Of a stretch of DNA of 64,000 nt, positions 45,101-59,500 are shown in pieces. Location of the stretch: contig CM106586.1 in the NCBI GenBank assembly GCA_048013815.1, positions 24,366,001 to 24,430,000 of the forward strand. The letters run 5' to 3'. Below the pieces are notes generated by a model. It had not been told where the DNA came from. It did no database searches and saw only the letters and a program-made list of their open reading frames with translations. How positions within the stretch are numbered: the stretch's first letter is position 1; each line of letters opens with the position of its first letter. The DNA comes from Setoptus koraiensis (taxonomy: Eukaryota; Animalia; Arthropoda). The position numbers and the translations under genes are program-made.

Positions 45101-48100
45101 AGATAGTCCGAGATGTCGGATAATCTATTCGCACAACAACAGATAACGGCACCATACAAAACATATGGCGTCTATTCGTAGGAGTTTGCACTCTTAATGA
45201 TTCAACCAGCCATTATCATGTTGATTATCGTTCCGTTGCTTTATATTACACATTACATAATACATTGCATGAGATGATGTGTGTGTCATTGATAAAATGA
45301 GCAACTGTAAAACTAACTGGAGCCTTCGCGCCGCCGCCGCAACTCATTATCGCGTCGCACAATTGGCCTCTTCCTTTTACTGATTCAAGTCTCTTCACTT
45401 GATGTCAATGACCAACATGAAGAATATATAATACATAACATAAGAATGTAATATAACATGATATATGAATAACAATGATCCATTGTTGTACCCATTATAA
45501 TAATTAATTATTTTTATTATTATAAATTGTGTTGTAGCAACAGTAGTGAGAGAGATTGACTGTCGACTCGACAAACATCGCACAACTGGACATCGCACAC
45601 AATAACATAAAAAATACAACAACGCTCGACATGATGTAACATAATCGATTGGTGATGAGCACTGTGAGTGCTACCGGTCAATCGGATATTAACAATAAAT
45701 CAACTTTTGTCTCTCCCTCTCTGGCCTGCCGGCTGTCCAATTCTATCCATTCTAGCCATTTCCAATTTACACAAGGATAAAATAAAGAAAATAAAATAAA
45801 AGCGCAAACAGCTATGCAAAGTATGTATTGTTAGGTTACTTGGTGTAGCAGTGTTGTTTCATTGCACAATAAGCTCAATGCATTCTGATATAATGTCAAC
45901 TTTCATTTTTTGTTGTTATTGTTGCATTTGTGGCCACACATTTTGAGCATCACACAGTAATCGTGTGATTCCAGGCAAATCGATAGCCCCAATTTGGGCA
46001 CAATTTCAACTCAGTTTGTTGCAAAAAAACAGCCATTTTTCGTAACAAACTTCATGCTACTCGACTGTTGCATATAATCTGCTTAATCTTAATTATCTTG
46101 CTTCTCGCTTATTTTTCTTCTTTCGTTTTCGTTTTTGTTGTATTGAATAGATAAGCTTATAAAAGATAGATAACTAGACCGTAGGAGATGTACCAAAGGC
46201 AGGGACGCAGCGCATTTGTCATTGTCGAGATTTGCCAGCACAGACGGCTGCGCAATCATTAGGGTTGCATAATAATAACTAACTGGACCAATCACCACCG
46301 CATCAATTAAAGAGCCAACTAACGTCCTACACACACACACAGTCATTGTCAGTGAAAAATAACATGACAGAAACAACGGAAGCTTGACCATTTTTGCTTG
46401 TCTCAGTTGGTTTGTTCTGTGCGACTGAATTAGTGGCTAATTGTTGCAGCAATATGCATACTGGCATTGCCGGGTGCCGGGAGTGTACCCTGTTTTTTAA
46501 TTTGTATCTCGGCCACAGAAATTGATTATTATTATTGCTGATGCTGTTGCGAAAGATGAAGTCAGTATCAGTAACATAGAGCTGCCTGCCCTCAACTTGT
46601 TTGCTTCCAATCATTGCAATCCAATGTGACTCCCGAAAAATGCTGGCCTTACATTGTAACACAAATACACATTGTAATACAAATTGGATACAATTCATTA
46701 AGCAGACACTGAAAGTTTGCATGGAGTGATTAATGAAGGCAAACTCAGTTCACTTTATGTTCCGTTTGTCTTGTCTGTGTGATACACGTACTTGTAACTT
46801 TTTTCCTAGCTCCAGCTCAATCTCTGCTTGATAATTAATGTTGAATTTATATCCGACGCATTCCTCCAATTGCGCATTTCAGTACCTCTGGATGCTGTTA
46901 CAGCAGTACAATTGGCAAGCTCAAAAGTGAACTCTGATTCACTGGAGGAATCGAAAAACTATCAATTAATTTTCAATTTTGCTGGAGAAAAGACCATCTA
47001 GTCGAAAAGAAACGCTTATGGCGCCCCAGCAGGTAGAACGAATGCTGAAATAACGGTAGGTTTGCAGCAGACAAGCTAAATATTGGATAATATTCATAAG
47101 GGATATTCTCAGAAATGTTGAGATATTTCACCTGAAATATACATAAAGGTTGCACGAGCACAAGTGTGTACGCTGCGATCTCACTATTTTTTCTCTCATC
47201 GACTACAATTGGTCGGTTACAATAAATCATACAATGGTAAATGTTTAACAAGTAAGTTATTCTATCGTTACCATAGGGCGTTTTCGTTAGAACAGATCTT
47301 TTTTTCGAAAGCTCATATTCTGCAACTGCAAGTGTGTTGTTGACCGATGCACGGAATCGGAAAATCGCAGCATGTCAAGTATTTATAATGAATTATTTGT
47401 TTGGGGAAAACTCGTGCAATTCAACTGTTTTCCAACTCGGAAATTCCAAGCCCCAAGCAAATCTTTGCTCGCTTTGGTTTTCTCGGAGCCACGACAGTTG
47501 GTGAGTGAAGCACAAGTACTGAATGCACACTCATCAATGTGTAGCTAATAACTGAGGCGGGATAGTCTTCACTTTTCCACTGTTTTCAACTATTCTAATC
47601 GATTATTGAGCCCTTTTTCGAACCACAGTCAGTTTGCTTTTTTGTGTGTCTCTCGATTGCAAAAATTGCAAAAATCCGTTATCTATTAGACGTTGATAAT
47701 ATGCAAATGATGCCAAAACTATCTTGGCTCAATCGTTGTAACGAGAAAGAGAGTGAGACAGAGATGTGAATCCCATTGATTGTAGCAAACACAAATCGAC
47801 ATGAAATTGGTCGTGGTAAAGCAATGATTATCAGCATTGGCAACAGATTAGCGGTTAGTTGGCTGATTAGCCCACAGCTAACTGTTGTGGCTGCTGTTTG
47901 AGAGAGCGAGAGATTGATTCACTTGTCATGACTCTCGCTGCCAATGACAACCAATAGAAATGTTTGCTCGCCACGCTTTGTCCGTCTTGCTTTGGGTCAT
48001 CGTCAACCGCAGCTCACCTGTTGCCTAATGGGCCAACGCTGATTGTTGGTGTGTGTGGGTAGCACTGGGTAGTTTGTTGGGTATGAGTAGTAGCTAGATA

Positions 48101-50336
48101 AATGAAGCAGACATAATTTAATCATTGTAACATCGCGTTACAGCGACTTGAAGCAGCAGAAGTTGCCTACTGTTAGTTGGTTGAGTCATAAGCTGAGTCG
48201 CTTTCCGAGACTTTATTTAGGAAGTTTGGCTTCTTTTGAGCTATCTTATTTATCATTGGCTTAGCACACAATTTGTTGGTTGTCAGTTGTCTTTTGGCAA
48301 GGTGAGCAACAAGTGGCGCTGCTACAATGTGAGTCGCGCCGACTCAAATTCACTCTTCAGATTGTTGCGCTCAACTTATAAGCGCACACGTAAGAAAGAA
48401 GCCGGCATAAGAAGAGGCCAGAGACAAGTTGAGCCGACGAGCCGTTTATGTAAGTCACAAGATAAGTCAAAAGAACGGCGCGTTGGTCGGCCGTGTCGTC
48501 ATTCGACATTTAACACTTGACGCAAGTGCATCTATTTATTGCGTTCATTTCTCATCGCGCTACTGCACAGATTGCGCCTGCACTGCATATAGAATATAGG
48601 AAATATTGAATATTCCATTGCAACCAAATCTATTCCGTTTCCATTACGTCCGTTCAATCATATCAACTGTCATTTTGACACACACACACACATCAGATTG
48701 TCAAGACACAAACACACCAAATGAATGAAAGAATCAACATAAGAACTAAAGAAGAAGCAACAAGCAACCAGTTTTCTGTCAACTGAGCAAGCAATAACTA
48801 TCAGCAACTGTCAACAAGAATTCATATTAAATATTAGATCAAATTGGCAAATAATTGTTGCAAGTGTCATCATTGCTTCAAAACGGAAAAGAAAGCAACA
48901 ACGACAAGTACGCCGGCAATAGTCAGCACGTGATTCAATCTTGTCAAGGGTAAGTGCACTCGATGCTTGCAATCACTTGATTAACTCGATCATAATTAAT
49001 GCCATGATAAACAATACAATACAGCTGGTGTCAGTGTTGACTATCACATAAGGTAACAGTTAACAGTTACTGGCTTAGCCTGGTGATAGTGCAACAATAA
49101 ACAGTTACCTGTTGATCGAATCGATCTGAATTAATTTAAATTGAGTGCGATCTGATCCGGTTCGATTCGACTCGACTCTCAACTCGGCTTTGACTGTCCT
49201 CGGATCGAACTCGGATCGAACTCGGATCGAACTCGAATTGAATACAATGGCATTACAACAACTGAACGACCCTGATAATTGCATGATAGTTTTGCTCTCT
49301 CTCTAAATTCTCTCTCATCTGAGCTCCCCTTGGCTCAGATAGTGCAAACAGATAATAATCTATAAATGGATCTATTCGTCTATTGACTATTATTGGCAAT
49401 TTAATTCAATTTATTATCATTAGCATTAATGATCAACATCAATATAATACTGATTATGTTGTACAACAATAGCATTAACACTACTGACACCATTAAGGCT
49501 CAACCTTAACCCTTGCAACTTTTGCATCTTCCCTTTGCAAAAATCTCTTTGTGTTTTGTTTTAATGCCATTGTTGACTGTGATCATTTCGCTCAGCATGA
49601 ATAAATTTACTAATTTGTTAAGGGCCAAATGAGGGCGGTAACACAAACAAAACACCAGCGAACGGGCGAACGGCAAATAAATAATTGCAAACAAATTGAA
49701 CATTATACGTTATAGTCGTAATTACACTTTCAGCTGACTGGTGATCATTGGCTTGCGCTTAAATTGATGAGCATCTAGATGATTGCAACGACACAGAGCG
49801 AGAGAGTTTTACCACTTCCGACGTAATTGCGTTTGGCAATGGCATTGACAATCGCTTTATTCATAGCCTATGAATCATAGGTATTGCGACGCGCCAATAA
49901 CGCAATGGGCATAACATAAAGAGTCGACTGCCAGACACGGTATCTTGACATAGGCCGAGAGCGAGCGAGCGAGAGAAGTAAAAGGAAAATGGAGAGAAAA
50001 AACGACAAGATCGATGCAAGTTGCTTGAACAACGACGACAACTTGTTATTTGTTGCTGCCAAAATGAACCTGTTGGCGCGTCACCCTGCCAATGCAAGGG
50101 TAATCAGTTATCAGTTGCGAGCTACGAGCTGCGAGTCATAAGTCATAAACGAAGAGTTATCCGTCTTGAATATGAATATTCTAATCATTTGAGGATATAA
50201 AAGAGAGAAAGTGCAATATGGTGTTAAAGTAGTAAACTCATCGCCAGTCATTGTGGCGCCACTACAAACAACAAGACACAATTTTATTATCGAGTTGCGC
50301 TAATTTAGCTGTAAAAAATCAGTCGTCATCGTCATC

Positions 50337-50510
<174 letters not shown>

Positions 50511-53500
50511 GTTGATATAGATCGCAGTGATCACGTAAGTGGTAAGTGTTGTTGTTCGACAACAACTTCTCCATGTGACGACAAGTGCTAACAATTAACC
50601 GCCAAAACTCATTAATATCAGCGCCACGAACAACAGCAAAATCATATGAATATGAATATGGATTTGAATGTGAATGTGAATATGAATGCCGGCAACAGCA
50701 ATTAGCAGCAGGCAACTGTAATGGTAATTAGCAAGATTGACTGTTGTCAAGTTATTTCTCATGTGGCTCACCTGACGAAATGAACAATAAATAAACTCAT
50801 GTCGTTAAGCTGTCTCGTTGCATATTCTGGCACCGTTGAATCATCTGACAACTGTTGTTTGTGTGATTGGCACGACACTTACGACTACCAATTGGTCGAA
50901 ATTTGTCGCTCGGTAAACACTGTCCGACAGCAACAGCGACCACAATAAATAGCTAAATGAAGGAGAGAAAGTCACTGAGAGCCTGGCTTGTACACAACAC
51001 ACGATGGCATGAATCTGGGTAATTTTGGCTCATTTCATCATGTTGTTGTCGTGATACGAGTCGTAATTTGGGTATTTCTTGAGTGGGCCAAGTGAAAGTT
51101 ACCCAGATTGCTCATTGGTGGCCAATGAGTGAGTCAGCAAACCTGCAAGTTGTGATTGTTTCTTTTGTGCCACCAAATGATGCAATAGATGCACATCCTC
51201 TTGTTGTATTGTTAATTTGTGCGCTTAATTTGTTAGTTTGTCCATCCAATTGTTTGTGGCTTTTGACTATTTTTGTTGTTAGTGCACTATTCACTATTTG
51301 TTGCCTGAGATGCATCATAAATGTAATATGGATATTGTAATAACGGCAGCAACAGCTGGACACAATAGTTGTGAAAGCACTTTCTCCATATCAAGCTATT
51401 CGTGCTATTCACTTGTTGCGGCCAGTTATTGCTTTTGTGAGTTATGCAACAGCAACACGCAACAACTGGCCAATAGTGGACTCAAGCAAACAAACAAACT
51501 CATCTCGCTATTTCGAGAAGATGAAAGAAATATTTATGTTGTTATTATTATTATTATTATTGTTATAGCAATAATAGTCGCATTGTCTCATGCTGCACCT
51601 GTTGCATGCCACGCAGGACAATGGTCAGCATGGCAATTGAAATTATCTTGCCTTGCGCCATTATGGTCATAGCCTCATACTAGAGCCACCAGACTGTAGA
51701 CACGCACACGAAACGCTGACCAAGAGACAAATGTCCAAAGAAATATATTTATTTCTATATATAAAATGTTTATGCAAATGTTTTGCTAACACCACTTTTG
51801 CATATCTCGCCATATACAGAGAACGTATGAGGAGTGGATGCAAAAAATCATTGTGGCACAAAAGTGACATAGAGCTGCTTTTGTTCACTTTTAATTTCTT
51901 AAATTGGAAATTCTAAAATTCTTCAAAATTGACAATCAAACTCCGGCAGCTCGTCGGATAATTCAATCTGTGCTGCCATTATGGTTATGCCATTTTGGGG
52001 ACACCGCAGCATGATAATACAATGCACTAACACAGTGATACAGGTGTATGTAGGTGTATGTAGGTGTCCCCCCAACTTGCCATTAGGCAGCGGCAACAGA
52101 GCATTAGTGGGGCCGCATTGCGCAATCTCTTTGTTACAGACACTTCGTTTATGTCCGATTCTATCCGGCAAATATCCGGCCATTACTGTTATTAACTGGC
52201 GCTGCCGTCACTGATCAATATTTACAGGTTGACTCAATATTCACTGCTAGCAACAGTTTGTGCGACCACGACGACGACAACAACAGGCACAATCAATAAG
52301 AAGAAAGGAAACGACAACAGCATAGATAATGATTACATGCAAATGTGTTTGCACCTGCTGCTGCTGTTGTTGCTGTTGCTGTCGTTACTGTTGCTGTCGT
52401 CGGCGTTGTTGCCATTGGTCACCATTGATTGGTACCATTATCGTTGCGTCACTTCCTGTGTGATGGTCGCTTCTTCTTCTTCTTCGTCTGGAGTCGCCTG
52501 TATTATTGTATACAGGCACACTTACAATTTTGCAAACATTCTTCTTCCTATCCACACACACACACTCTTAGAAACACACTGGCAAGACGACAACAACAAT
52601 GGCACTCACTCTATCATCGCTAGTGTTTGCTGGACAAAATTACCTTTTCTCACTATTGTCCAATTATCGAGTTTTCTAATTGACTAATGACTCTGTTCAC
52701 CTTCAGGGCAGCAGCGCTATTACACAATCACTGTCGTGTGTTATTGTTATCGCTGGCTTGTGCTGGCCAATTACCAGTTGCCGCTCACAGATCAGCTGTT
52801 GTGTATATAATGCAAGTTGCATAATAAGTTGAATAAATCAAGTAGAGTGAGCTGTTTGAGTAAGTTACGTCATTCGCGCATACACACGCACAACAATCAG
52901 CAGCCAATAAAGCACGCAAAGCGACTTACTGACTGACTGACAGACAAACTAACACTGACTGCATACGTAACCAACATACAGGTATAATGTAAAGTTGCTG
53001 TTGTGTTGCAATGTCCGGTCCATCAGCTGATTTGGCACACACAATTTGTGACAAGTGTGAGTAAAGCGATTCGAGCGATCTGGGCAACTGCAATCAGCTG
53101 ACTAGCGGTCAGTCTAGCTAGCTGTCAGAGGTGGGTGTTGTTGGGTTCGGAAATGGAGCAACGGAAACAACCCATTAGTCGCCTATATTGATTGAGTTGT
53201 ATGTTAATGCTGTTGACCAATTGTCATCAGTATCGATGTCGACACACACACACACACACACGGACGACACAACTGACCGCCTGACGCTGGTTTTGCGAGC
53301 ATACGCAAGCGGTCACAAGCAGTCACAAACAGCGTCGTCACTTGCTGACTCATCGGCCATATCGGTCGGTCAGGTATCCAAGTTATTGTAAGCTTATTCT
53401 AAATTATTCCAAGAAAATAAATAATCCGAATAATTAATGAGTGCAAACAGATAATATCGAATGTTGGTTGGATTAATTATACACGCACACGGATAGTGAG

Positions 53501-56500
53501 AGTGATAAGTGGAACAGTGATGGCAACTCGTTTAGTTGTGTCAGCCACTACACAAGCAGACTGTTCGCCAAACTGACAGCCAACAAAAGTGACCGCCTGT
53601 TGATGGTTAGTCGATGTGTGATGTTGAGTAATTCTCTCGACAGGTGAACCAGTCGCAGCAAGTGACACAATCAATCAAACGCAACCAATCGTGTTGTTGT
53701 GTCTTGTCACTGCACATCAAACTACAGCCAACACCCAATTGTCTCTTGCAATTACTCACAAAACAAACTTAACTGTCTTGTTCATGTATCAACAAATAAA
53801 AATAACTTTCCAATGTCTCGACAAACGCAACAACTTTGCTATTTTCATCTGATCAATTGTGTGCAAACTGACAATTGTGACGACTGACACGACCAACAAA
53901 ACCAACCATGTGACCATGTGATTATGTGCCAATGTGCGTGCCCAATACCAATTCACCTGTTTGTTTGCCATCTGTCAATCTGTTGCAATCTTGTGCTATC
54001 ATCGTCACCAACAAGACAACACAACATGCCCAGTTAGTTGATTTCAGAAATATCAGAATCTGAACGAATCTGTAACTACAACTTGTCAACTATTGCCATT
54101 GCACAGCCACAGGGCTGTAATTCACTGTGTACATTAATCCGTCCATTTAATCACTTTTGATAATTTGTGCACTGTCACATTGTCGCATTGGCGATATTCG
54201 CACCAGTTAAAGGGTCAGCATTAAGTGCAAGTGAACGAATCAAGTTTGCATACATAATTTAAATGGCCAATCTGTTTTGGCCGTCCAATGATATAATCTA
54301 ATGTCAAGCATCAATGAAAGCAGATTGACTTTGCAAGAGCACAATTGTTTCAGTTGCACTTTTGTGGTCACTTTTACCATATAAATATAATAGACTCGCC
54401 TGAGAGTTTAATCGCACTTTCGTCCAACCAAGTGAGTTGGTCGTTGAGTCCACCTGCTACCATGAACAACTTGCCTAACTCACTTGCTAACTTGTTTATC
54501 GTGCCAACTTGTTGCTATTAATTCCTTCATTTGATGATCTTCTTCTCATAATTCAAATGAAGAGAGAGAGAGAGAGAGAAGAGTTGACTTTGATTATGTA
54601 ATAAAATAGATCAATTGATTGCAATTGATAGAGTTGATCGAGTAATAAAAGTTAGTTTGTTCATCGATTGTTCATTGATGGTTCATTGATTAATTATTGG
54701 GCGATTGAAATCGATTAACGTCAGTTGGAAAGAGTTAAACTTGATAATATAACATGCATGATACTAACTGTTATTCTGCTATCTGTCTTTTTGTTGTGTG
54801 CCACTGTGAATAAGGTTAGTAATGTTGTCGCTGTCAGCTGTTGATGGCTCTCACTTCGAATGCAACTGAATTTAATTGTGATTGTTGTTAGTATAGTTAA
54901 TAGAGGGCGATAATTAGATTAGATTGCCGATAAACGAGTACAAAAGGCGACTATCACAAACGCACAATCGGTAGCAGTCACGAGTAACCAACCGGTAATT
55001 AATAGATTGATTAAGCGGTAAAGAGCGCATAATAAAGTAACAATAAGAAGCGAGCAGCCCAACGGAAGAGCACATGCACAGACGCACAAATGTACAGGTG
55101 AGGCCAGTGGACAGGTGAGACAAGTGGACAGGTGAACGATTAAGTGAAGTGAAATAATAAAAAATAGGAAGTTGCATCATGTGTCGGCTGTGTTGTGTTG
55201 GCGTGTAGTGATTGAGTGAAGCGGTCGGTGAGTGTCGGATGGACACACACATATAATTAACATGTCAACAGTTGAATATTGTGTCTGGCCAACAGGCGGA
55301 TTGTGATTCTTTTGCGAGTGTCAGCCGTGATTTGATGTGCGCATCATTGGTGGCTTGAACTTGGTGGCCGCTATTATATAATTTAAAAGATAGCTAAATG
55401 AAAAGTTCAAGCTATGCACTCTTTCAATTATTCATGGCTGATTGTTTTCTTTTGCATCGATAATAATGATGTCGCCACTGTCAGCCGTCCGAAGCCAAGC
55501 GACACAACGATTTTATGGCCACTGCATTTTATATTTTATGCGCCAAGTTTATATGTTATTATAGCGACTAGTGGACAGATTGAGTTTTTTTGCGATTTGC
55601 AAGCGGGCAATCTCCGGCCAAGGCAACAAGTGGACAAGTTTTAGTTGTCAGCTGTATTGTGTTGGCATGTCATGTGAGCATACATTGCAATCATCATCAT
55701 ATTGCATTGGCCTTAACGTTCAACGACCCTCAGCAAGTTGTGCGCTTGTTGCCAGTGCCACCCACAAACTGACCGCTTACAAGTGCCAACATCATTTACA
55801 AGCTCATGCCTCAGATCATCATGTGTTAGATGATGGCAACACTGTGTGCTGCAAGATCAATATTTGCATACTCACAGACAGGCGCATCATCTACATAATA
55901 TAAACAATATTGCGTAATGTAGCGCCGGTTGCCAGCAAACATTGTGTGTCACTCACACAACCCACAACAACCCACAACAACCCACAACCATTATCAGCTG
56001 ACACTGAACAGCAGTCACCAGTCAGCTGTTTAATGTCAGTTTAATGTCAGTTGGCAACCGATGCAAACACATACACTAACGATGGTTATAGTTGCGTGTC
56101 AAGTGCAAGTTTGTTTGTTGCAGTGCCAAGCAACCAATTTGACACTCGTACAGCTGACTGTGCCGGTCAATCAGCTTTTACTTGTTGGCGTGCCCACAGT
56201 GACGACGACAACGAACTGAGAAAATTCCCATTCTCATTGTCAATAGATCTACATACTCTAGCTCACTTACCTACTAATCTTACGCAACATTGTGTTCACA
56301 TGTGATCGTCGGACAATAACAATTTACATACTCACATACTTTGTCAGTGGACTGTGTGTTGTTGGTGTGGCCAGTGTTGTGTTGTGTGTGCTGCTTAGGT
56401 TTGCACTTGTAAGCGCACTCATTTGGCATCAATATACGCACATACAGTCAGCAAGATAACGACCAAATGACCATTGAAAGCAACCAAAAATTCAGGGTCA

Positions 56501-59500
56501 CCTGTGCTGCAAAAGAAGCTGTTACTGTAGCTCATCTGAGGTGTGTGTGTCTCGGAGCAGCACAAGATTGCGCAACAGCAGCAGCGTTTATTAACACTCT
56601 CTTGGCTCAAGGTCACACTCACACACACCGCCAATGGAGCCGGCAATGGCCGCCACTTGAAGTGTTCGACAGTCTGTGCAAACTTGTCCACTGGACAGAT
56701 TCACCGGAATAAGCAGCAGCTTTCCTTTTTTTTCTGGCACTCGCCTCTCGTTGGCTAGTCGAGCAGACACTCACCTGGCGAACGCTGCCAACGTGTTGAG
56801 AGTCGCTCTCTGGGCAGCAGCTCGAGCGAAGCCACATGGACATCGTGCAATGGATTCTCTGTGCACTTGTTGCGCCCTCTCGACACGCTCAAGAATCGCA
56901 AATGATGCTTGAGCATGCTGCCATCGACTATCGCTGAACTGGCTTAAAAAATGGTCACAATCATTGATTTGTAAGATGCTGTTGCCAGGATAATTTGCGC
57001 AGACTTTGAGTGTCTTGCCTAACAAACATTCATTACACTTTATCTTTGTTGTTATTATATAACCAATATTAATATTTACTGATTACGTAACTATGCTAAC
57101 ATCATTGAACAGTGCAAATGATATGACGATTCACGATCTATACGCCAGTAACTAGTAGTTAATATCTGTTGTTGTTGTTGTTGTTGCTGTTGCTGCTGCA
57201 CTACCGATTGAATGCTAGAAATAGCTCGTTTTTAGCCTCAGCCGGAATCTACCTGGCGAAGAAAGATCAAAGCGAAAGGCCGATCATTCACCTGTTTGTG
57301 TGTGTCTTCGTGAAAAAAGATTACATAATCACGAGACGATTAAAATAGGTAGCAATCATCAGAAGGTGAAGTTGTCCGACGGCAGCAACAACAACAACAA
57401 CTAACTATGCATAGTTATCCATAGTTAGTCGATATATGGTAGTAGTATGGAGCGCAGAGTGGAGTTGGTTAGCTAGCCAGTTTTGAACACATTTCACTTG
57501 ATGATTACACAAGATTGCATCATTCATTTGCTTGTGTAGTGTTGTTGTTGTGTAAAAACGCACATTGTTGTTGTCCCTCTATCGTTCATTGTCGGCATTA
57601 ATAGATGCAGGCACACTTGCAAGCAACAACATTTATTGTAACAAATTTTTCTTGTATTGTATTTGTGTGTCTAACTAATAAACGTGGCTATACAACGACG
57701 ACCACGACGACCACTCAACAATAGCGAGAGAGTGAAAAAGAATTCAACTTTTCTCGCTCACTCATTTTGTTGTTTAATCTATTCGCACAGGTGAATCAGT
57801 TTCCCCTGCAATTGACTCGGCCTACTGACAATGTGCGAATGTGTTATTCCGCTTGCACCAACAACAACAGCGACAATCATGAGAACGCGGTGACTTTCAT
57901 ATCGTTTCGCATCAAGCCGAGATCGAAATCGATATCATACCGGTATGCGCACCGCAAATACGCATACTACAGACATCAACAATATAATATTTATTAGGCA
58001 ATATGCGTCCGCCTCGCAAAGCTTGTCAGATAAAGCGTTCATAAATTTTTTGATAATAATGATGATAATTCATCAATTTATTTCGACTCTTCTCAACTAA
58101 GCAGAGAGGGAGCGAGCAATGATTTGTGTTTAAAAGTAGTTATCAGTTAGAAAGTATCAGTCAATTGAATAGTGAGTTGCGTAATAAAGAAGCGTGATTT
58201 CGCCCAGATCTCGGCTGGGCCAAACGAAGCCAAACGGAGCCAAACGGAGCCAATGAAACATGCGTATGTGGCCTGCATCGATGTTGATCGCAGCGGTCGA
58301 CGATGGCCACGACCACGACGATTATCTTGATTCTTCCAAGCTGATGATGCTACCAGCAAGAGGGAGAGAGATTATCATCATCGTTAGATGTGTTAAAGAA
58401 TTAAAATAATTCCTTGCCTCGTTTCTTCGTTTCGGTTCGGCTCTTTTCGGCTCGTTTCGGCTCGTTTCGGTTCGGCTCGTCTCGTCTCATTTCGTTGCTT
58501 TTCTTTTCTTTTTCACTTTTTGTTTCCTCGGCTCACTTCATACGCCTCTTATTTGTGACTAATCACAATTTATCAAAACACGACGGATAGTGGCCATTCG
58601 TTTCATCTCTCTGTCCGCTGTGTACGAGTGTGTTATATCTGTCTATTGGCCGGTAGATGTGGTGGCTACAATCGACTGACCATTGGTCACTCCGATTGAG
58701 CGTAATGATGATTAATTTGACTCTTGTGATTGTGTTTTCATCCACTTTGCTTTGCCTCTTTAATCCATCTATTGAGTCTTGTGTATGTGCCTGTTACGCT
58801 CGAACTGATTGCGCAACAGCACACAACAACAGCAGCGACAACAACACTGCCAACAACACCGCCAACAACAGACAATAGATAAGACAAGCAACTGCGGCAT
58901 GCAATGTGAAAGTGGTAAAGGTGATAGACTGACCGTCACTGCTATTATCTCCGTATGCCGATCCGTATGGCTGCGTGTACGCAGTTGGTAGTTGTTGTTT
59001 GTGGTTGCCGGTTGCTGGTTGCTAGTTGCATCACAACAACAAGCTTGCAGGCAGTTAGTGGGAGTGTGAAAGAGCAAAATAGTTGCCAAGATAACAGTTG
59101 AAGAGGCAAACGAAGTGAGTGTGACAGGCGTGTTACCTATCGCTGGCATCTTATTAGTTGATGCGTTGGGTCGTGTCAAATGATGTAATACCAACCAATT
59201 TGATATAAACAACAACAACAACAACAACGGCAACAAGACAGCAACTGCTAGCTCAAATTGAACTCGCTAACAATCAATGGCGACAATTGATTACGTATGT
59301 ACCAATGACACCAGTTGAATCAACGCGGACCTTTCAATGAATATCCAAACGAGATAATAGATTTTTTAATACGGCACCCAGCAGCAATGGGGTGACAAGC
59401 TAACAACAAGCTATTATCTGTTTCAGTGATGCGCGCTCACTGTTAATCATCGTCATTACGGCTCACACATGCCCCTCGAAAATTGTCTAGCCACGCACTA

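Noticed and set aside
49155-49235. B-box-like ggttcgattc (tRNA or SINE)
   Set aside because: No A-box or cloverleaf; it is part of a TCGAAC/TCGGA tandem repeat.
57245-57300. U1 snRNA-like start (atctacctggcg)
   Set aside because: Similarity ends after about 12 nt; no U1 stems or Sm site.
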